Source: Lama glama (taxonomy: Eukaryota). From it: a stretch of DNA of 64,000 nt. This document shows positions 40,318 through 53,897 of this stretch, piece by piece. Under the pieces are notes generated by a model. It made no database searches and was not told the origin of the DNA. It saw only the letters and a list, made by a program, of their open reading frames with translations. Both the position numbers and the translations under genes were made by a program. The DNA lies in assembly GCA_028534125.1 (NCBI GenBank), contig CM052837.1, positions 37,200,001-37,264,000 of the forward strand, in the 5' to 3' direction. Position 1 is the stretch's first letter. Every line of letters starts with the position of its first letter.

Positions 40318-40377
40318 GTTCCCGTGGGGGTTCCTGTGGGGGTTCCCGTGGGGGTTCCCGTGGGGGTCCACGTGGGG
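40318..40377. repeat. 12-bp tandem repeat (gttcccgtgggg) x5
   Basis: Directly visible, starting 15 nt into intron 7. Confidence 0.9.
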
Positions 40378-40392
40378 GCCGCCTGGACTCAC

Positions 40393-40488
40393 CTGGATCA
40401 GGCCAGCTGCAGGGTTCCGCCTCTTCTCAAAGTGCTTCTGACGATGCTGCTCTTGAACTTTCAGGGCGAAGCCAGACCCCAGAATGCC
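40393..40488 (-). CDS. KCNQ2: KCNQ2 exon 7 (96 nt; [32 protein letters not shown])
   Basis: gcag|GGCATT...ATCCAG|gtgagt. Confidence 0.98.
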
Positions 40489-41077
40489 CTGCAGGCCACT
40501 GGGATCAGATGGCGCCCCAGGGACCACAGTCCCCCCACCCTTGCCTGCACTCCTGGCTCTGCCCTCCCACCTTCTCAGCCCCTCATCACCAGGAGTCACC
40601 AGGAGACAGGCTGGGGGGAAGACTTGGGCTCACAGGAGCCTGGCAGGGCCCGCCCACACAGAACACACCTGGGCCCAGAGAGCAGTCCTCCTGCCCTGGT
40701 CTGTCCACACTGACGTGAGCGGAGGGGTGAGGCCCAGGGTCACAGGAGGGCCACCTGGGGAGCAGCCCCACTGGCCACCCCCGACCCTGCCTGGCTGTGG
40801 GTGACAGTTATCTGAAGCTCCGTGGCAGGAGATGGGGTCCCGGGTGCCCTGGGAGCTGACGGGGGGCCGTGTCGCCCTGCAGCACTGCTCCTGGTAATAG
40901 GGCCCCTCCTGGCCCAGCCCACTGGGCTGGGGGGAGCTGGCAGGTGTGGGTCAGAAGGCACAGCTGGGAGAGACTCAGAGCCCCCGATGGAGCCTTGTGG
41001 GAGCTCTGTCCCCACGGAGGTGCCGCTTGCAGCTGCTCGGGGGCTGGGGGCCTGCTGGGAGCCATGTGCCCGCCTCA

Positions 41078-41461
<384 letters not shown>

Positions 41462-43258
41462 TCAAAGGCTCTGCTCCTGCGTGTCGCCCAGGCTAGCAGG
41501 GCAGGTTCGCCGTGGACGGAGCAGCGGCTCCAGCTGAGCTCAGGCCAGGTGGGTGGCCAGGAGGCTCGCAGAGAGCAGGGCCTGAGAGGGGACAGTGCCC
41601 AGAGGGCCCCTCCAGGGACACAGAGGGTTGTGTGGGGGCCCTCAGAAGGCGGCTTATAAGCTGAGGCCAGAAGAGGAGTGGGAGAGGGCTGGGGGAGGAA
41701 GAGGACCTCTCCCTGTGGTGTGGCGGGCAGCGCGGGCGGCCCCAGGGCGATGGAGGGACCGGGAGACTCGGCGTCCGGGGGCCAGCACCCGGGGGCCGGC
41801 GTTCATGGCCCGCACGCGGGAGGCCAGCTTGAGAGGGAGGCAGTGAGGGGACTCCCCCAACACCAGTGAGCCCCTCCAAGGGCCACAGGCCTGCAGAGCA
41901 GAAGAAAGGGGGCCTCAGGCAGGAGGCTACCCAAGAATGGCAGTGATGGGAAGGGGGCTGACCTCATCCTGTCACAGCACAAAATGAAATCTTCCAAGTG
42001 TGACGTTCACAGTGGGGGCCACGGTGTAGGTGTGACTGGGGAGCACGCAGGAGGGGTCCGGGCTGGGGAAGACGGGCACAGCGGGGGTTCCATGTAACAC
42101 TCAGGCACTACTCGGCATATTAAAATTTTGGATTCAATTCTTAAAGATGGGAAGGCCCTCAGGAAGGGCAGGCCGCATCACCAGCGGGGGCAGACTGTCC
42201 AGTCAGAGCCTGGACCTGCAGGGAGCTGTGGGCTCTGGGCCCCAGCCTCAACTCCCCTCGCCTACCCTGCGCCCAGGCCCCTGACCACCCTGCTGCCCAC
42301 GTGGTGAGATAGAAGGACACGGATTCGAGCCTTGTGGCAATTAAAATGACCACAAGTAAACTGCATTCTGCTTAAACGCTGGGTGGAGGCTGGCATCTCT
42401 CTTCCCAGCAACTGGGTTTGCAGCACCTGCCTAGCGTCACAAGGTCGTCATTTTCTGAGCTGGGTCTAGGGTCCCAGAGACGATAGGCTCTGCCCTCCCA
42501 GACCTACGGGACCCTCCACAGGCCTGGCGCCCCCCAGGCGGAGTGTCCAGCACACCCAGGAAGTGCCACAAAGGAGGGGTACTTGGGACCCCGCACGTGG
42601 AGGCGTCCATGGAAACGGCTGAGAAGGAGCCAGGCTGACAGCCGTTCAGCTACTGGGGTTGCGGCCTGTGGGGCCCAGCTCGGTCTCCAGAGGGCACTCT
42701 GAAAGCACGGGGTCCCCACTAGGAGCAGGAGGGGCCCAAGAAGGCTTTTCTCACAAAAGGCCACTAGCGCTGGGCCCAGGACGGGGTGGCCATGAGCGTG
42801 GACCAAAAGTCCGTAGGCAGCCCTACTACGCTGGGCAGGGGCAGCCTGGGAGGTTAAGCTCAGGGAGGCAGGGGGTCCAGTTCCCCTTTTTCAAACTCTA
42901 CTGTCCCTTAACATGACAGGCAAGGCCGCCCCTCCTCCCCTCCAGCACAAAGGTCACACAGGTGTCAGTAAGGCAGGAAGGTAACTGGCCAGGCTGCTCA
43001 CGGGTTCCCCGGGGGCCAGGCCTTTCTCCGCCCCACATGGGCCAGCGCATCCCCACCCAGCCTGGACCAGCACCGCCACCTGGCCTCTTGGTCAGGAGTG
43101 GCCAGCAGGTGGCCCCCGAGAGACGTCTCCAGCCAGGTTGGCCAGGGAGAGTCACTGCACCTCCTGTTCAGCCCAGGGAGTCGAGGGCACACCCGGGGGG
43201 AGGGGGCAGACAGTGGCAGAAGGACCCCGAGGGGCCGTGCCCAGCGAGCGCGTCCTCA

Positions 43259-43423
<165 letters not shown>

Positions 43424-43809
43424 TCATAGCCGCTGGGCCAGCGTCCAGCCCTGTCCGCCCCTGGAGCACTGAGGCCCCGCCTGCCTGGAGGCCTGCTGGG
43501 CTCCGCGACGCCAGGGCTTCAGGGGGTGGACGCCCTTCCAGAGTGCCAGCCACAGAGCCCCCAGCACCCCAGGGCCGGGGCGGGCAAGAAGGGCAGCTGG
43601 TTTCCAGTCCTGGCCCTGGGTTGTCCAGCCTCTGTGCATCTCACACCTGGGAGGGCAGCGGGGAAGGACGGCCCAGCGCCGCATCCACCCGGGTTAGGTG
43701 TGTGGTCAGGTGGCCTCCAGGCAGTCAGGCTGGAGAACCTCGGGACTGTGGGGACCCTATCCCAATTTCCCCGAGCCTGGGGGAGACACCTCAGTGCCTT
43801 TGGGGACTA

Positions 43810-45058
<1,249 letters not shown>

Positions 45059-45108
45059 TTACCCTGTGGTTGCCATGGCGCCCGCCCCTACCCATCATGG
45101 GGCTGCTA

Positions 45109-45915
<807 letters not shown>

Positions 45916-48900
45916 TTAACACCAGCTTCACACACACCCATCCCAGACGCCCAGATTGCGTCCGCAGTTCCCGACTGACGGAACTGAGAGCCGCTGGGCA
46001 GCAGGAGTGGACTCCGAGGCCCTGTCCAGTGTGTCCCACCAAAGTGGACAAAGTGAAGCTAGGGAACAGAGCCCCTGAAGGCTGAGAACGGGGTCCAGGG
46101 CTCCTGAGAGGCACAGAGTACATGGTGTGAAACACTGGACAGGGGCCTGCACACCACGCCCCTCCCACATCTTCACCGCCCAGGACTCCCTCATCACCCC
46201 AGCTCCACCGGCCCGAGGAGGCAAGACCACCAGCCTCCCTGGTGGAGACGGGGGATGAGACCCTTCAGAGCCACACGGCACAGGCCAACCCCGGGGCAGC
46301 CACAGCGACACGGGCTCGGGCCAGCCCCGCCCTGTCCAGATGGGCATCCTGCCGGCACCACCGAGCGGGGGCCCGACACCGAGAACACCGAGCCTGGGAG
46401 GATCCAGGCACTTCCAGCAGCCCTGCCCACATGCCCTGAAGAGGCCTGGCGAGCAGGCCCAGAGAGTGCCGCCCCCACTGGGCCAACCTGGTGCCTCCCC
46501 GCCTCCCAGCACGCCCCCAGCTCCCAGGCAGAGGCGCTGGTAGCGGATAACAAGGGCCACTGGAGCAGGCGGATGCACGCGGGGAAACGGTCACATTTCA
46601 AAGTCGCAATTAATTTCCTTTGCTCATTAGCCAATTTATCCAATTAGCTGAGTCCTGGGAAAAAAAGTCCAGATATCTCGTGTGCCTCATGCTCGTAATT
46701 CTCTGCCTGGGGGTATCTTCTCCCAGCTCTTGGTGGGAAGGAGCCCACGTGCCCAGAGGGGCCTGCCAGGGTTGGAGGAGACCCTGGGTTGTGGGTCAGG
46801 ATTCCGGAGGCCTGGGCGGTGGGAGAGACTGACAGGATTGCCCACTCAGAGGGGCAGCTGGACCCGGCTCAGCTCAGCACTGTGATGCAGGAGCCCGGGG
46901 GGACACATAACCCAGCAGGCTTCCCTGCGGAGGTGCACACAGCACTGCAGGGTGAAGAGCTGGTGGGCATCAGGGGAGAAGGGAAGGGAGCTCCTGGCAG
47001 AGCGAAGAGCAAGGCGGGTGGCTGGGCGTGGAGGTGGATAGTGTGTCCAGGACCCTGTCGGGGAGACTCAGAGTCCAGGGCTGTGCCCATGAAGGCCAGC
47101 ACCTCGTGTGGTATAAAATCACTTCTCTAAAGTCAAACAGACAAGGCCCAGGTCCCGAGGTGACCAGACCCTCTCTCAGCCCTGCTTCCCGAGGGCGGCT
47201 CTGACCAGCATCTCGGAACATTCCAGAATGACTCACCCACGCTGTATGGAAGCGCAGCCCTTCCCAGCAGGCAGTGGCCAGGATGCCGGGCACCAGGCCA
47301 GCAATTCAGGAGACAAACCCACAGCTGCAGCCGGAAGGTCCCGTGGCCAGGGGGAGGAGGGCTGGCTCCCGAGAAGCGGGCCTGGGAGACGGCCCCCTCC
47401 CAAAAGTGCCGGCGACACTCCAAGATTTGTTTCTGCTGTTTGGGGACAGATGGCCACAGATGGCACGTCCTGGTGGTGTGCAGCGGCGGCAGCAGGTCAG
47501 ACACTCGGGAAGAGGCCACCCGCCCACTCGGACATGAGGAGGAAACAGCCAGGCAGCTGCGCGCGTCCCTGTCACCCTATCACGTCCCAGAGCAGAGACA
47601 GTCCCACGGGCGCCCGCATCCCCACCCACACCTCTAGGACCCTGCAGGTCAAGAGAGGAACACCTCCAGAGCATGGTGACTTCCCGCCACCCCTCAGCCA
47701 CTCTTCCAGGCAGCTGAATGACGGGAAAACCTTTCCAGACCTCCTCCTGTCGCAGGCACCACAGTGACCAGCGCCCAGCCACCTCCTGGACCTGAGACCT
47801 CCGGTGCTCACACCCATTTAGAGACGGGGCAGCTGAGGCTACGAGAGGCCGGTAGGGGCTCTGCCTCTGGCCTCACAGTCCCTAGACTCAGCATCTTCGG
47901 TCATAGGGACACTTCACTGGGGCCCAGCCCCGCTGGCTCAGACCCCAGCATCGCCCTCCCACGGGACAGCAAGGGTGACCACCCACAGCTCCACAGCCCA
48001 TCAAGGGGTCACCTGCTGGAGTTATGTCGGGGTCCTGGCTCCACCGCTTCCAGGAGACACTGGGGAGTCTGAGCCAGGCAGGGGCCTCCCTGCCCAAAGG
48101 CGACCGGTCATTCTGGGTCCTGGCTGATGGCAGGCTCAGGAGAGATGGACCAGAACCCCCTCGGGAGAGGAGCTGGGCAGATGCACAGGGGACACCACTG
48201 ACACCACCGGGGGGTGCTGCGTGCTGACCCACAGGCCCCAGAAAATGGGGGGGCTGGTAGCTGGGTCTGCTTCCCCCCCAGGACAGCTAGCTGAGGCGCT
48301 CCACCCGCCCGCAGGCTGGGGGTCCCACCCCTCAGCTGCAAGGTAGGGGCTCGCCTCTGGCCTCAAGCCCAGCACCACCTGAGCATCCCCCCAACATCCA
48401 GACCGAGGCCTCGGGGCCCTACGGGAAGGGTTCCCAGGCCTTCCAACCCAGGAACTGTCCAGGCTGTTTCAGGAAAGAAAGGCAGGGAGGCAGGACACGG
48501 TGGTTCTCCTACAACCGAGGCTAATTATGAAAATGAATTCAACATCAAGATGCTTCCCTGGCTGCGGTTGCCAAGGAGACAAGCAATTCAAGCAGCTGGT
48601 TCCCAGCCCCAGACTCCAGGGGCCGAGATGGCTCAGGAAGCAGAGCTGGGAGGGGAAGGACCTCAGACCACGCTCACCTGAGCAGTGGGGAAGGCAGCCA
48701 CCTGCAGAGTGAGCTTCGGCCAGAACAGCCTCGTCCCAGGTGCACACCCAGGTGTGCGCCAGCCAGAGCGCCCAGTTCACAAGCCCCAGCACTGCAGGAT
48801 CCACAGCAAACAGACTGTCTTCACCCACAGCAGGACAGACCTCAGCCAGGCTTCAGGAGGGGCTTCTGCCGCCTGCACCCTGGGGGAGGTGGACCCCTCT

Positions 48901-49599
48901 CTTAAAACAGGTGGAGGCCCGGTGGGGTCCTGAGCGCAGGGATTCTGATGTTTGGGGAGACAGGTGGGGAGGGGCCCAGGGAGGTAGGAGGTGGTGGGAG
49001 GAACGGAGGGTGGTGGAGGCTGGATGGACGCCAGCAGAGGAGACCCCAGTCGAGGCCTGACAACACCCACACCTTGCGGCAGGCAGCCACCGCCACACCC
49101 GCAGTTCCTGGCGTGCGCTGTGAATTCTGCCTGCCCCTAAACTCTCGGGAAGCGCAGCCCCTGCCTCAAGAGAGAGACCTCTGCTTCTGGATCTCCCCCC
49201 TGCCCCCACCACATCGGACTGCAGGCAGTATTTCTTTTCTAGAAAAATGTGACAAAGCCTCTGCCACCTTGTTCCCACATCTGACGCCCACTTCACCATG
49301 GGGAGGGGGTGGGCGCCAGGGAGGGCTGGCGATGCAGCCCAGGCGGGGACAGAGCACTGGAGGTCGGTCCCTCAGCCCAGACCCCCCACTCCCTCCAAAG
49401 GCCAGCTTGGGAGAGGGCAGTGGTCATTAATCTCACTTTACGTATTTAAGGAAACAAACCTTTCGCAAGCAACCAGCAGGGCTGAGAGGAAAGCGGGGCA
49501 TGTCACCAGCACCACTCGCTCACCTGGCCCCCGGCCGGCAAAGCTGGGACAGGAGGGTGGGGAGGGGTCCCCGACACACAGCACCACCCCCAGGCTAGA

Positions 49600-49700
49600 A
49601 TCATGACAGCCCTGCAGACAGGGAGATGCTCGTCCATTTCACAGATGAGAAAAACAAGGCTGTAAAGCAGCTCACCGTGACCCCATGGGGTCAAGCCTGA
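49600..49700. mobile_element. MIR core remnant
   Basis: ccatttcacagatgagaaaaacaaggct resembles the MIR core. Confidence 0.5.
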
Positions 49701-51649
49701 GCACCCCTTCCAGGGGAGGGGTCTCCCCACAATGACGCCCATTCCAACAAGGCTGTGTCTCCCTGGGGGCCACACAGCCCAGGAACCTGAGGGAGATGGG
49801 AGGGAGAAGCAGCCAGTGCAAGGCCACCGCGGTCCCCTCAGGTCCAGGCCCACACCCGGCTCCCCAGGGAACCTCCCGCTGCATTGTCCATTCTGCGGCT
49901 GGCGCTGCAGCCTGGAATCTAATTTCACCCCCTAATAAACTGCTCTGCCCCCAGGACCCACTGCCACTTCCAACCTCTGGGAGCGACGGGAAGCCTGGAC
50001 TGCTGACGGCTGCTCCAGGTGCAAACCAGATGCAAAGAATCACACAGATCCCACCAGGATCAGAGGGAGCAGGAGGCCACATGCCTGAGACCACCCCTCT
50101 CCCAGAGCCCATGGTCAGCCCACCCCCAGCCCACTGCAGCCCGTCCCTGTCTGAGCCTGCTCATCGGAGAACCCCCAGAGCCTGAGGGACCCTCGTACAC
50201 AGCAAGTGCTCAATAAATGCCTCAGACCCGCAGGCCTCCACCGACGGGCCTCACCTCCATTGCCCCACCCCACCCCCACCCTGCTCCAGCCCCTTTCCCA
50301 GCTGGACCCGAGGGCACATCACGTCTGTGGCCTTTCCACACCAGTTCCCCCATCCAGCCCCCCTCTCGCCCCACACCCAGGGCAGGAAGGCACACTCAGG
50401 GGACCCCTTGATGACCCCCACTGGCCAGTGACCTCTGAACAGCCAGTGTCCCCCAAAGCCTCAGCCGTGAGTACTGTCCAGGACTGGGGGCTCTGGTGGT
50501 CTGGGGTCCTAACCTCCCCAAGCACCAGTCCCTAACCATTCACCCACCAGAAGCTCTAGGTTCACAGGGACCCCCAGCCCCACCTTGCTCACTGCAGATC
50601 CCAGACCCCCCAGAAAGACCGGGCATCTTCGGTGAAGCTCCAGGTGCTCGGGAAGTCACAGGGTGTGGGGGGAGCTGCCACTCGGGGGCGGGCCGGGATG
50701 GGGGGACTCGGGGCCCTGGCGGCACATCTGCTGGCTCAGCACACAGTAAAGCCACTTCCCCAGGCGCCTCCCACTCCGTCCAGGAGACATTGCTCCACTC
50801 GGGTGATTTGCTGTCCATTGGTCACCTGTCCACACGCAGACTGTAGAATCAAAGGCTCACCTGCGCACCCTCCCCATCCCACACCAGAGCCCACTCACAC
50901 ACATACCAGGCAGCATCGGACACCTGACCCCACCACACCCATGCCCTGGGCTCTCCCTCTGCCTCCCACCCCCACCCTTCTCAGAGACAACAGTACCCCC
51001 GACCAGGCTCACAGCCCCCAGTCAGAGGTCCTCCCTCCCAAGAGCTCACCTCAGCCGTCCCATCCATTGTGCCCCGACTGTGTCACAGCTGTCCAACCCC
51101 CATTCCTGCCACCTGTGGCCCCCACCAACACTAAGACCACAGGAAGAGCGCCTGCTCCCCTCCTGCCTATTTCTGGGCCTCACCAAGCCAGCTTCCCTGC
51201 CCCAGGCCCTTTGCACCTTCTCCTCCACCACCTGGAATGTTCTTCTGCCAGCACGTCTGTCACAAGGCTGCCTCCTCCTCCTGTCCAGGATTTACCTTCA
51301 ACATCACCGTCTCTGAGAGGTTGCCCAGCCCCCAACTCTCTTCAGTTTCTCTCCTGGGGCCTCGACCCTCCTAGCACCAGCACCCTCCTCGCCCACTCTG
51401 TTCACAGGCCCCCAAGTGCACGGCCAGAGCCCACACACAGCAGTGCCCTCAGCTCGAAGGCGTATACCCACTGGACAGTTCAGGAGTAAGGAGCCAAGAA
51501 GTGGCCATGGACAGGAGACCTGTGTCCCAAGGAACGCAGAGGCTTCCAAAGGCCATCCTGGAGGTCCCGAGACCAGGAGGGCACAGCTGGCCCCGGGGGG
51601 CCTGGCCACGTCTGAGCCCATGAGGTGGGAAATGCAGCTCATTAAAAAC

Positions 51650-52095
51650 AAGGCTGCAGTTCCACAAGAAACGCTTGCGTGTCTCCGCACAGAAACCTGA
51701 ACTGCCACGTCCCACAGTCTGGGCACCGCAGACCAAGGCAGAGGGGCTCAGTCATCGGCAGATGAGTGGTGGACTTGGGGGCCCGTCCACGGCGGAGCGC
51801 GACTCAGCCTGAGGCGAGTGAAGCACCGACACCCGCCACAACCTGGATGGACCTTGGAAACACGATGCTCAGTGAGAGGACACAGACACGCCAGGCCACA
51901 GGGCATGCGACCTGCTCACATGAAAAGTCAAGAACACGGAATCCGGCTCCAGGGGCCAGAGGTGGGGAGACAGGGACCTACAGGAGCTGTGGCGCTTTAT
52001 GGGGTGAGAAAAAGACACCTCACTGTGAACACACTGAATACCACCAAACTGGTTGAAAATGGCTCCCTGTGTGTCCCGTGCACTTCACCTCAGGT
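51650..52095 (+). mobile_element. GC-drifted LINE-1 3' end remnant in intron 1
   Basis: ccacaacctggatggaccttggaaacacgatgctcagtgagagg (ATTWMDLGNTMLSER, L1 ORF2 C-terminal motif) followed by 3'UTR-like gaacacactgaataccaccaaactg. Confidence 0.75.
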
Positions 52096-53876
52096 ACAGG
52101 AAAGAGAATAGGCCAGGCCGCTGAGGCCTGAAGCAGCAGCCCAGCCCCGCCTGCCTGCCTGTGCCCGGCAGTGCCCCCCCACAACCTGCGCCCTGGGCCC
52201 CCCTGCGTTGGCACAGATTTGGGTGGGAAGAGTCACCACCTCCCCCCAGACACCACGCCCCCGCCCCCCTGCCAGGGGCCTGACCCCGTCCTGGGGGGGG
52301 TCTGTCCGGGAACAGTCCCAGCCCCCACCCCGTGAAGCCTCAGCACCAACACATGAGGTAGCCTCCTGCGGGGAGTGGGCAGCCACTGGCCAGTCGGTTT
52401 CCCGAGCTGGTGGCGGAGCACCCCTCCCATGGTCTCCTCTGGGCTCTGTCCTCATAAGCCCCAGTCTCCCCTGACCCCGGCTCACTCTGGGGGCCCGTCC
52501 TTGGGTGTGTCTCCCTGGCCTGCCACACACGCCCCCGACACACGCACCTTTCAGGTCCCTCGATTGCCCTGCCCCGTCCGGAGCTGGCCTAACCAGACCA
52601 GCACGGCTGACTCCTGCCCCTGCAGGTCCCACAGCCCCGCCCTGCCGGGTCTCGGCCCCGCTGTGTGGAGCCTGCCCAGGAGCGGGGTAGGGAGGGGCTC
52701 CCTGAGGGCAGTACTGCTGTGGACAGGCCTCTGCGATCAGGATGCGATTACAGAGCTTGTAATTCACTGCGCAGACACCAGTTTTCAGGGGGTGCTCTTC
52801 CCCCAACAAGGGGGTCCGTGTGGGCCACACCCCTGGCATCTAACATCCCCTTCGTGAGCATAGGAACTCACGCAGGTGCTCAGGGCCCCCCGCAACAGCT
52901 CTGCTGACCCAGGGCCCCTCACAGACCTGCCTCCCCCATGTCAGTCTCCCCCAGACTCTTTCTGCAGACCCTCCTAGTGTTTCTCTGTCTGGCCCACCCC
53001 CCAGGCTCCCCAGCTCTTGGCTCACTGGTCCCCTAAACCACTCCCAGCGTTCTCTCAGTCTCCACTTACACGCTTCCAGCGACACAGGGCTCACCCATGG
53101 GCAGGACCTCGTTTTAACAACCCCCTCCCAGGGCAGCCCTGGTCCTGACCCCGGGTGGCCGCCAGGCATGCTCTCACTCGGGGGCCTGCCCCAGGCCAGC
53201 ACCCACTGCCGCCATCTGCTCCCCAGGTGTAAGCCAGCGAGGGCGCAGGGTGAGGGGTCGGGGACAGGCCACCTCGTCCCCTGCCCCAGGGAGCACCGGG
53301 AGCCCTGACGACAGAGGCAAAGCGAACACTCGCCCATGGGCGGCCCATCTGTTGCCACAGCACGTGGTTAACACAGAGGAGGACAGCAGAGTCTGAGTTT
53401 TGCCTCCTGTAAGGAAGGAGAGATGGGCACAGACGGTCGGAAACACATCGGAACAGACAAACGTTCCCCCTCGGGTTTTCCGCGTCTTCCCCGTTTCCTG
53501 CAGTGGACATGTATTATTTCCGAAATCAGAAAAGATAACAGAGCACAACCGAGCATTCTCCTAAGAGCCATCGGTGCCCCCGCTCAGGCTGTGCAGTGCT
53601 GCCTGCCCATCGCCTGGGCCGAAACACTTGCTTTCCATGCACACAATATTAATTCAGCTCTCAGCTAATTAAACCGCACAGACCAGAGGGGACCATCTTG
53701 GAGAACCCTAATGAGGAGGGACGCGTCCTGGGAGCACAATGGCTGAGTCTGGAGATGGAGGAGTGGCCGTGCCCGGGTGTCGGCCCCGAGAGCCCCACCC
53801 TGTGCCAGCAGCAGTGGGCCAAGCCCCAGCTCTCCCTGGGCCTGAGCCCCCACGGAGAGACGGCTGGGGGCTTGTG

Positions 53877-53897
53877 CTCAGGACCATGGCCAGTGCC
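53877..53897 (+). promoter_or_regulatory. RE1/NRSE (REST binding site) in intron 1
   Basis: CTCAGGACCATGGCCAGTGCC versus consensus TTCAGCACCACGGACAGCGCC: 16/21 matches with canonical spacing. KCNQ2 is an established REST target. Confidence 0.7.
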
